Below, piece after piece: positions 45,712-54,600 of a stretch of 64,000 bases of DNA. The notes under the pieces are model-generated. The model searched no databases, was not told the origin of the DNA, and saw only the letters and a program-made list of their open reading frames with translations. The stretch is from Candidatus Bathyarchaeota archaeon (lineage in GTDB: Archaea > Thermoproteota > CALKCG01 > B24), in the NCBI GenBank assembly GCA_018396755.1, contig JAGTQM010000002.1, positions 91,609-155,608 of the forward strand. The letters are read 5' to 3'. Numbering within the stretch: the stretch's first letter is position 1; each line of letters begins with the position of its first letter. A program made the translations under genes and the position numbers.

Positions 45712-45955
45712 TGATGAAAGGTAAAGGGGAAAAGAAGAAATAGTGTTTAGACCTATGGAGGAGAACGGTAGTCAAATAGTTTGCATTCCAGTAAAGTCAA
45801 TCTTCAAAGACGTTTAAAAAAACGCTGGAAAAAAGCAGATATATCAAGTGAAAGAATAGCAGATATATTTTGATAAAAAATGCAAATATATTAAGTGAAA
45901 AAACCTTTTTTTAGCGACCTACCCCCTCCCCCTAGGTGCTTTAGAGCATGGATTT

Positions 45956-46186
45956 TCATAGAGAGGATTGAAGGCTGCTGGATGTCTTAGCCTTGGCGTA
46001 GAAGCACTCTTTGTTATAGCATTGCTCTGCGAGGTTACATGTCCAGTTTAACGTGAAGCTTCCACCTTCAACCCTAACCTTGACAGGGGCTAAAACTATA
46101 GACCTACGCTTAAGCTCACCACTACCGTCTAGAAAGCCTTCGCATACGCCTGTATTAGGCTGAATATTTATTGAAATGGATACCAC
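45956..46186 (-). CDS. Small Cys-containing hypothetical protein
   Basis: 76-aa ORF, 32 nt downstream of the 661-aa membrane protein on the same strand. Four Cys residues; no family recognised. Confidence 0.3.
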   Translation of the reverse strand: MVSISINIQPNTGVCEGFLDGSGELKRRSIVLAPVKVRVEGGSFTLNWTCNLAEQCYNKECFYAKAKTSSSLQSSL

Positions 46187-46218
46187 CTCTCACTTATCTT
46201 CATAAAAAACTAGGATGT

Positions 46219-48204
46219 TTAGAATGGTATGTAAAACCTCGCAATCCCCGTTATTATCCCGATCATGCTGGCTAATGCTACTCCTCCTATGAATCCTCCG
46301 ACTCCAGGCACTATGTAGTTTTCGTAGAGGGGGCTTCCACCGATTTTCAAGACTATTGTCTTAATTATCCAAGCTGTGAGGAAGACGGACCAAACGTGGT
46401 TCCACATTCCTGAGAATGAAGCAGCTATTATGAAGCCTACTGGGTCAAATGGGAACCATATGAATCTAGCTCGGAGAACCGATAGTAGAACAGTCCATAG
46501 AAAGCCTGCAGCTGTATAGCTGGCGTATGTGAGGGTCGACGGTCTAGCTGCTTGGGCTTCTGGACTAGATTCGCACATCGTTTGAATACTGCATGCCCCC
46601 CACGTCAAAACCCTAGAACCATATAAATTGGCTAACCAAACCGAAGTTGCGAAGAGTATTGGAACAGCTATGACCATGCATATCGCGGCTACGAGGAAGG
46701 TATTCCTATTGCTGGTTCCAGTTAGACTGGACATTTTAAGAGCAAGCGCCATTGTGAAGAAGCCGTTTCCAAACCCGTAGGTAGCCACGTTCGCCCCATT
46801 CTGAGCCCATAAATGGCTCATGACGTAGTCTAAGTTCGTAGGAGCAACGGATGGGTCTGGCCATAAGATCCTCATGAATGTTACAGCCCACATCCTGTTG
46901 TCGGAAGCTCCGAAGCCGCTGGTGCCAAGTATGAGAGTCATAGCAAACCACGTCGTAAAACAGCTTGTCAGTAGGATTATAAGAGCCGATAGGAAGTTTA
47001 TACCTAGAATCATCAGGCTGACGATGCTTGCTATGGCTGAAACCGTCAGCATTATATACATAGACCTGTAGCTCATAGCCTCCCTCTTCTCAAGCTCTGG
47101 ATTACCATGCAGAGCAAGCCTCAGCGTTTCAACAACATAGCTTCTACGTTGGAAAATATACATCACGGTTAAGGCTAGGAAGCCACCTGCCATGCTGAAT
47201 ATCGGCCAGTAGAATGGGGCGGTTGTAGCAACACCAGCTACTTCGTCTGGACAGCACAGTTTAACCCAGCCGCTCTGACCGAGGGCTCCAGTATGGTAGC
47301 CCATAAAGTATGCAACCTGCTCTAGAACGAGGATGAGTAGAGACCAGAACCAAACGTTGAACGATATGCCTACTGGTGCGAGTAGGAATATCGCTGCAGC
47401 TATTGGATCTTTAGAGTAGCCTGAATACCAGACTATTGTAGACCCTATGATATCGCCTTCTTGGGCGTGTACCGCGTTTGACGGGCAGGTTATACGCCAT
47501 GCATATACGTCTGGGAACCATGGGAACGTTCTAGCCATGAAAACAGGAACCATGAACATGAAGGCCAGTAGAAAACCTATGAGGAACGGTGTTCTACGTT
47601 TACGTTTTCCCTCTAAACTTTCGGTTTGTACGGCTTTTAAAACTTCATAGCCTGTTATAGCCAATGGGAATGGTATCATATCTATGTCTATCCATGAACG
47701 CCTAAATATCAAGACTACTGAGGATGTGAAGAACCAGAAGCTTATGTAGAGAAGGCTCATGACAAATGTTATAGAACCCCATTGAGCCCAATCAGTCGCC
47801 ACACCCCCCTTCACCATAGCTGCGACAGCATCAACTGAAGGCACCCACCAAACCCCCTCAAGAAGACCTAGATCATCGTAAAGCCTAGGACGTGAGAATA
47901 GAATACAGTAGTCCATAAAGCCGAAGCCCAAAGTAAAGGATATAGCCAACCCGGCGGTGTACAGGTACGTCAGCATGCTTGGAGTCATCTTTCTGCGTAA
48001 AGGATACGCTAACATCGGCAGGAGATATGGGTAAACCGCAACGCACGTCACACGAGATATTATGCCAAAACTGTAGCCGCACTGCCACTGTCCACCTAGA
48101 GGAGCCAACAGCCTAAAAGAAACCGCAGCTAAAAACGATAGAAAAGCCGACAGCACTATTAGAAAAACCCACGGAATCTTCTCTTCTACTTTTTCACTAC
48201 TCAT
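46219..48204 (-). CDS. Large polytopic membrane protein of unknown function (>=14 predicted TM helices)
   Basis: 661-aa ORF, uniformly hydrophobic with short loops. Visibly more GC-rich than its neighbours. The C-terminal FPFDPVGFIIA...W..FL.AWIIK..VLK.GG motif resembles uncharacterised DUF-type membrane families; no transporter signature recognised. Confidence 0.7.
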   Translation of the reverse strand: MSSEKVEEKIPWVFLIVLSAFLSFLAAVSFRLLAPLGGQWQCGYSFGIISRVTCVAVYPYLLPMLAYPLRRKMTPSMLTYLYTAGLAISFTLGFGFMDYCILFSRPRLYDDLGLLEGVWWVPSVDAVAAMVKGGVATDWAQWGSITFVMSLLYISFWFFTSSVVLIFRRSWIDIDMIPFPLAITGYEVLKAVQTESLEGKRKRRTPFLIGFLLAFMFMVPVFMARTFPWFPDVYAWRITCPSNAVHAQEGDIIGSTIVWYSGYSKDPIAAAIFLLAPVGISFNVWFWSLLILVLEQVAYFMGYHTGALGQSGWVKLCCPDEVAGVATTAPFYWPIFSMAGGFLALTVMYIFQRRSYVVETLRLALHGNPELEKREAMSYRSMYIMLTVSAIASIVSLMILGINFLSALIILLTSCFTTWFAMTLILGTSGFGASDNRMWAVTFMRILWPDPSVAPTNLDYVMSHLWAQNGANVATYGFGNGFFTMALALKMSSLTGTSNRNTFLVAAICMVIAVPILFATSVWLANLYGSRVLTWGACSIQTMCESSPEAQAARPSTLTYASYTAAGFLWTVLLSVLRARFIWFPFDPVGFIIAASFSGMWNHVWSVFLTAWIIKTIVLKIGGSPLYENYIVPGVGGFIGGVALASMIGIITGIARFYIPF

Positions 48205-48552
48205 TTTCTACACCTATTAGTCTATTTTCTTCTGAAGCTATATATATTACTGTGCGGGTTTACCTATTTTTCCACCTTATTATGTTGTCTGGGCTTTAAA
48301 CGTCTGGTGTACGCGTGAAGGGTTGAAACATGTCTTCGAGCGCATCTATTCTGAGGTTTGTATAGTCTGAGAGACGGCGGATATGCATGCCAAAGCGTGG
48401 ATGAAGAGGAAAGAGCTCCTTATTTATAAGACTTGAACTATTCAAAAACTTCACCGTCTACATCCATCAGCTGGATTAAATGGGGGTTTGCGGGAGACAT
48501 CACCACGTGCAAATCTACTGAGTAGAAGATTGGATTCGATAAACACTTAACT

Positions 48553-48580
48553 TTTCTCCCTCTTAAGTTGAAGGGAGAAA
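48553..48580. promoter_or_regulatory. 9-bp-stem hairpin/dyad ~70 nt upstream of the MFS gene
   Basis: TTTCTCCCT-N10-AGGGAGAAA within the 443-bp divergent spacer. Confidence 0.25.
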
Positions 48581-48647
48581 GTTCAACCATACGGCAATCT
48601 TAAATGAGGAAACGCTTTTCAGGAAGTGGAAGTGAGTATAGGTATAC

Positions 48648-49805
48648 GTGAATAAGAATCAGCTTACCAGTGTATACTTAGCTTTTATCTTTTCAAACCT
48701 AGGCTACTCACTATGGTATTCCCTATTTCCAATATATCTCAGAGGGCTTGGATTTGAAGCTTGGCAGATAGGCTTCGTATTTTCACTTTTAAATTTAGCG
48801 ACAAGCTTATCCTACTTAACATTAGCCTCGTTTTCAGAGACCACTGGCAGAGGAGGATCACTTGTCATAGGTTTCAGTCTGTCAGCAGCAGTGCTTCTAA
48901 CGTTAGCTTTCATAAAAAGTTCAGCATGCATAGTTGGTTTAGTTGTTTTCTACAGCTTCTTAGGTGGTTTGAAGATGCCAGTAGGTGAGGCGACTATAGC
49001 AGATATGGGTGGAAGTTTAGGTTTATCCCTGTCAACATTCTACGTAGCAACTATAGCGGCAAGCATAATTGGTTCTGCTCTTTCAGGTTATCTAGCGAAA
49101 TCTTTAGGTTTTTCGATGCTTTTCATAATAGCTGGAGTTTTAACGACTTTCTCAGCATTATTCATAGCTTTCACATACGGCTACTCCACTACTAACTTTA
49201 GAATAGTCAAGCAAACTTTCAGAAGATCTTTTGAAAACATAAAATTGATGCTTTCAGATGGAAACATGATGAAGTTTACGATTGCTTTGATTTTTCACAG
49301 CCTAGGTTTTTCTATAATAAATCCACTGGTTCAGCTTTACGCTAAGGAGGCTTTAAACCTTGATGAGCAGAAGATAGGTATAATAATGGCTATGTGGAAC
49401 GGAGGTCTCCTAGTAGCGCAAATACCATCGGGTGAATTTACAGATAGATTTGGAGGGATAACTGTATTAGCAGCACACATCGTTCTCTCATCTGTTTCTT
49501 GGATTCTCTACTGTTCGTCGAAAGTATGGAGCGGGGCGGTATCTTCAGCATTCATACTTGGAGTTGTAGGAGCTTTAGATATGCCTGCTAGAAGAACCAT
49601 AATAGTCCAGCTTAAGAGGAAGATCGACTCCGCCTCCATAATAGGGTATATAGATTCGCTAACGAATTTAGCTTTTATAATAGGTTCCTCTACCGGGGGA
49701 ATTCTATGGAATACTTTAGGATACGGTATGCCGTTTATAGTGGGTTCTATTATAAACATGTTTGCTTTAATCCCACTCGTAACCCTTATCTCACCAAGAA
49801 AGTGA
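48648..49805 (+). CDS. MFS transporter
   Basis: 385 aa with 12 hydrophobic helices in a 6+6 arrangement with a central loop. FSETTGRGG loop-2/3-like motif. Confidence 0.8.
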   Translation: MNKNQLTSVYLAFIFSNLGYSLWYSLFPIYLRGLGFEAWQIGFVFSLLNLATSLSYLTLASFSETTGRGGSLVIGFSLSAAVLLTLAFIKSSACIVGLVVFYSFLGGLKMPVGEATIADMGGSLGLSLSTFYVATIAASIIGSALSGYLAKSLGFSMLFIIAGVLTTFSALFIAFTYGYSTTNFRIVKQTFRRSFENIKLMLSDGNMMKFTIALIFHSLGFSIINPLVQLYAKEALNLDEQKIGIIMAMWNGGLLVAQIPSGEFTDRFGGITVLAAHIVLSSVSWILYCSSKVWSGAVSSAFILGVVGALDMPARRTIIVQLKRKIDSASIIGYIDSLTNLAFIIGSSTGGILWNTLGYGMPFIVGSIINMFALIPLVTLISPRK

Positions 49806-49832
49806 TTTCCTAATATGTAGGGAGGGGCTGAT

Positions 49833-51197
49833 GTGGGGCTTCTAATATGTGGCGGGAATGTAGTTACAATGAGTGAAAAAGGCGTAATAAGAGATGGAGC
49901 TGTATTGATTGAGGGAGATAGAATAATTGAAGTCGGCAAATACGACGATGTTAAACGTAGAAACCCAAGAGGCTATGAGAAGTTAAATGCTAAAGGTAAA
50001 ATAGTTCTGCCTGGACTTATCAATACACATCACCATCTAGCTATGAGCCTTCTTAGAGGGTATGCTGACGATATGCCTCTTAAAGAATGGCTTGAAAAAA
50101 AGATATGGCCGATAGAGTCGATTATGACGAGTGAAGATGTATACATTGGCGCAAAACTTACGGCAGTTGAATCTGTGCTTGGAGGATGTACAACAGTAAA
50201 CACTATGTATCACTACACACCAGAGTTTAATGAAGCCAAGGCAATAGCTGAAGTCGGTACTAGAGGAGTGGTTGGACATGTATGCTTCTCTTGGCGTAAA
50301 AACGAAGATTTAAAACTTATAAAATCGTTAGCTGAGAAATGGCATGGAGTTGAAAACGGTAGAATAAGAGTTAGCGTAGATCCTCATGCACCTTACACCG
50401 TAGACCCGAATTACATGGTCGAACTTTGGAATGTGACGCTGGATCTCAATGAGAAGTATAGAGAAAAAGCACCCATTATATTCCACATACACCTAGCTGA
50501 GACTATGGATGAAGTTGACAAGATTAGACGTATATTCGGCGTTAACTTAAACGGTGGGGTTGTAGAATATCTTGATAGCCTCGGAGTTTTAGGTAGGTTG
50601 ACATTAGCCGCCCATTGCGTTCATCTTTTGGAGAAGGAGATAGCAATTCTCGCTTCTAGAGGCGTTAAAGTCGCCCATAGTCCTGTTTCAAACCTTAAAC
50701 TCGGCTCTGGGGTAAGTCCAGTACCCAGACTTTTAGAGGCTGGTGTAAACGTCGGACTTGGGACGGATAGTGTATGTTCGAACAATAGTTCCGATATGTT
50801 TGAAACCATGAAGTTTGCGGCTTTAATACATAAAGGTATACATATGAATCCGTCTATCATGAGTGCTTGGAAGGTTTTACAGATGGCCACTATAGATGGA
50901 GCTAAAGCATTAAACTGGGATTATGAATTAGGCTCTATAGAGCCTGGAAAGAAAGCTGACATAATACTAGTCGATGCGCAAAAGCCGCATGCAATACCCA
51001 TGTATAGTGAAATTAGCCACTTAGTTTACGCAGTGAAAAACAGCGATGTTGAAACAGTTATCGTGGATGGTAGAATAATCGTAGAGAATCGGGAGATTAA
51101 AACAGTTAAAACTGAAGAATTAGTAGAGGAATTTTTAAAGAGTAGAAACAAGCTTATGGAGAGGGCTGGGTTAACGTCACATATAGCTTGTGGTTAG
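49833..51197 (+). CDS. Amidohydrolase of the MTA/SAH-deaminase (MtaD/DadD, chlorohydrolase) family
   Basis: 454 aa. PGLINTHHHLAMSLLRGYADDMPLKEWL, HLAE and GTDS motifs. Confidence 0.75.
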   Translation: MGLLICGGNVVTMSEKGVIRDGAVLIEGDRIIEVGKYDDVKRRNPRGYEKLNAKGKIVLPGLINTHHHLAMSLLRGYADDMPLKEWLEKKIWPIESIMTSEDVYIGAKLTAVESVLGGCTTVNTMYHYTPEFNEAKAIAEVGTRGVVGHVCFSWRKNEDLKLIKSLAEKWHGVENGRIRVSVDPHAPYTVDPNYMVELWNVTLDLNEKYREKAPIIFHIHLAETMDEVDKIRRIFGVNLNGGVVEYLDSLGVLGRLTLAAHCVHLLEKEIAILASRGVKVAHSPVSNLKLGSGVSPVPRLLEAGVNVGLGTDSVCSNNSSDMFETMKFAALIHKGIHMNPSIMSAWKVLQMATIDGAKALNWDYELGSIEPGKKADIILVDAQKPHAIPMYSEISHLVYAVKNSDVETVIVDGRIIVENREIKTVKTEELVEEFLKSRNKLMERAGLTSHIACG

Positions 51198-51271
51198 CGG
51201 ACTTAATACGCTAGGAGGGCTGAGAAATTTGTCAAATTCGTGTTTAAAAGTTGGTAAACTCAGGCATTTTA

Positions 51272-51311
51272 AGTACAAATAAATAAATAAAAAAGTATAT
51301 ATTTTTGTACT
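51272..51311. promoter_or_regulatory. 8-bp inverted repeat bracketing the TATA box of the grx-nrdD-nrdG operon
   Basis: AGTACAAA-N24-TTTGTACT. The spacer contains AAAAAGTATATATT (TATA). The TTG start of the first gene is at 51336. Confidence 0.4.
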
Positions 51312-51335
51312 ATCTAAGGATATGACTGATTCTAC

Positions 51336-51602
51336 TTGAAGCCGACGGTTTATACAACTCCCAACTGTCCAAATTGTAAGCTTCTTAAGAGCTTTCTAGA
51401 AAGGCTGGAGGTCGCATATGAGGAGAAGGACTTATTAGACTTAGATGTTCAAACAGAGCTTATAATGATGGATGTATTTACTATGTCGGCGCCCATTTTA
51501 AAGTTTGGGAGACGTATACTAACATTTAAAGAGCTCTTTGAGAACGGTAAATTGAATGAAAAACTGGTGATCAGCATACTGGAGGATGAGAAGAATGGTT
51601 GA
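51336..51602 (+). CDS. Glutaredoxin/NrdH-like thioredoxin-fold protein
   Basis: 88 aa. VYTTPNCPNCKLLKSFL (CxxC) and the fold length. Overlaps the nrdD start by 17 nt. Confidence 0.7.
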   Translation: MKPTVYTTPNCPNCKLLKSFLERLEVAYEEKDLLDLDVQTELIMMDVFTMSAPILKFGRRILTFKELFENGKLNEKLVISILEDEKNG

Positions 51603-54600
51603 GGCTGTTAAACCCCTTCCAATGGTTAGGTCTTCCAGTGGACATTTCATACCTTGGAATAGACAGAGTATTGTAAATTCTCTACTTAAAGAGACGAAGC
51701 TTGCAACCATGTTTTTCGGCGTTAGACCGATAACTGAGGAAGAAGCCGAATCCATAGCTTTAGAAGTTGAGGCAAAAATAAGGAGTATGGATTTAAAATT
51801 CGTTTCCGGACCGTTGATAAGAGAAATAGTTAACACAGTTCTCCTTGAGAAAGGCTCCCTCAATCCTATATACCGGATATATCGTAACGTTTACACGCGT
51901 GTAGGCACACCTGTACATGATGCATATGAAATAGACATAGGAAAAGGGTTTGAAGCAAAAGAAAACGCTAATCTCCAGCCTAACGCAGAAAGCTTACCTC
52001 CCGACGAGCTCGTAGTCATAGATATAGGATGCGGCTTCCGTTTAACGCCCATAGGTGAGGTCATCGATAAGCTTATTGAAAAAAACCCGCATAAGGTGAT
52101 GAGTAATGGGAGAAGTGAGTTTTTAAAGGTAGATGAAGACCTTTATGTTGTATCTTTTGACGAAGACCTTAAGGTAAAACCGCAGCTAGTAACAGCTGTA
52201 GTTAGACATAAAGGCAAGGAGGTTTATGAAGTCAGACTAGAGAACGGCAGGAAAGTTAAGGTGACCGAAGACCATAACTTCTTCACCATAAGAGATGGTG
52301 AATTAGCACCTGCCCCATTATCTGAGTTAGGAGTCGGGAGCTATGTAGCTGTGCCAAAAGCCATAAGGCGTAGGGCAATTATCCATGAGATAAATGTTGT
52401 AGAAAGACTGCTTAACACTTGTGATAATGAGGAGCTTAAGCTTTTCTATCTTAGAAGTGAAAAGGTGCCCAAATGGCTCAGTAAGGGGGATTTATGGCCT
52501 CTTTTTAAGAGATATGGTAATCGATTGATAAGAAATATTCCATTCACGAGAAAAGAGTGGACTAATAGGATATCGCTTTGGAAGCATAGGAGAGTTATGC
52601 CGTTAATAGCTTTTAAATATCTCAACATATCCTTAAATGAGCTTGACGAACATGACGAAGTTTGTGGTTGGAGAACTAAAAAAGGATATGGTATTCCAGC
52701 TGTCTTAAAGCTATCGAGAGAACTTGGGCTCATACTCGGGCTTTTAATATCCGAGGGGTGGTTGGGCTCTGATACTGCTGCCAGGTCTTTAAGAAGTGGC
52801 TTCCTTAATACCAAGGTTTCGGTTTCAAACACCAATGAAGAGGTTCTACTGAAGCTCTCAGAAGCCTGGATTAAGGTCTTTAACAGGAGGCCAAGGCTAC
52901 AGGGGAGGGGGAAGATTAAGCGTTTAATTTTGGGTACTAGGTCTTTAATGTTTCTGTTAAAGAAAGGGTTAGATATTCCAATAGCTAAGTCAAAGTTTAA
53001 AACTCTTCCATCGTGGTTATATAAAGCTCCTGAGCATTGTATAGCGGGCTTTCTAGAAGGAATTTATCTTGGGGATGGGGATCTAAATAAGGGCTCTATA
53101 AGCTCGACTAGTAAACTACTCGTACAGCAGATAGCGTTGCTCATGCTTTGTCTTGGAATATATCCTAGAACGTACTCTGAGAAGGGTGGGTATGAGCATG
53201 TGCTCTACGTCAGAGGGGCAAGCCTGTTAGAGCTTAGAAAGTTAACAGGTTTACCCTTTAAGCTAAGTACGCCCATAGAGTACGGTGACGTCATACCCGG
53301 AGTTGAAGCTCTTCTTGTTAAACTCAAAAGTAGTCTAAGGTGGGATGGATGGTGTCATGAGGCTCAGAAGTGCTCAGCCATGCTGAGCAGATGGCTTTCA
53401 GGTGTTAAGCCGACTAGAGGTGCACTTAAAAACCTGGTTTTCATGGTTAAAACGAGGGCTAAGCAATATGATGGAGCCATTTTAGAGAAGTTGAATAAAA
53501 TCATTGAGTCAGACTTGAGGTTTGAAAGAATAGTAGAGATCAGACAAGTTGAAACCCCACCCTACACCTATGATTTTGAGGTCCGTCCAGAGGGTAGGGA
53601 TCTAGAAAACTTCTTGGGAGGAACTGGATATATATGTCTACACAACACGGCTCATAAGAAGAAAGCCGATAAAACATCTAAAGAAGAGTACTTGCTTCTA
53701 ATGCCTATAGAGCTTGCAGATGCACATTTAAAAGGGGAGATACACATACACGATTTAGAATACTTTGGAACAAGACCCTTCTGCCTATCTCCTGAAAATG
53801 TCTTAGTGTGTAGGGTTGGAGGTATTGTCAAGCTTACCACAGTTGGCGACGTATTTACCAATCTAGACTATAAGCCCAGTAGTGGGTTTGAGACTGCAAG
53901 TTGCAATAGTGTTGAGGTTTTAACGCCTGAAGGATTCGTTAGAGTTGCCAAGGTTTCTAGGAGAAGTTGCAATAGTATTCTTAGGATAACCACGGAGAGG
54001 GGTTTCATGGTAGAGCTTACTGAGGAACATAGAGTTCCACTGGCAGATGGCAGGCTTGTTGAAGCCCGGATGGTTAAGCCCGGGGATAAGCTTAAGGTAA
54101 TGGCGACGCCCAACTATGAGGACATCTCACTGAATACATCAGAAGTAAACGGTGTAGTAATCACTCCTGAGCTCGCTAGGCTTATCGGATACTTCATAGC
54201 TGATGGAAACTACGATGTTAAGGTAGGCGAATTCTACAACTTAGTCTTCACGTTCGATAAATCGTCAGAGGTATTGATAGGAGATGTTTGCTCAATCATC
54301 AAAGGGCTGGGCTTCAATTATACAGTTTACGATCATTCTAAGCGAGCTATGAGAGAGATTCAGATAATAGGATCTGGGAGAAAGTTATACGAGCTTTTAC
54401 ATGAGAAACTTGGAATTAGGAGGGTCAAAGCACCTGACAAGAGGCTTCCAGAATGGGTTTTAAACCTCCCGAGGAAGCTACTCGTTGAGGTTTTGAGAGG
54501 ACTTATAGCCGGGAATGGAGGCATTCATGCCAGCAAGGAGAAGGGGGGTTTTATCCAGATATCCTCAACATCTAAAACCCTTATAGAACAGCTTCAACTG

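Noticed and set aside
44942-48300. Clear att-site direct repeats delimiting an integrated element around the integrase remnant
   Set aside because: I could not find by eye a duplicated segment (for example, of the 3' half of the tRNA at 62699-62796) flanking this region. The island hypothesis rests only on the integrase scar and an apparent GC shift.
52030-52032. Cys codon (in IDIGCGF) as an alternative first residue of intein 1
   Set aside because: It would leave 13 non-homologous residues (SLPPDELVVIDIG) in the extein after ENANLQPNAE. With Ser 51991 as residue 1, block A reads S-L-P-P-D-E-L-V-V, matching the C/S-L-x-x-D-T-x-V pattern.
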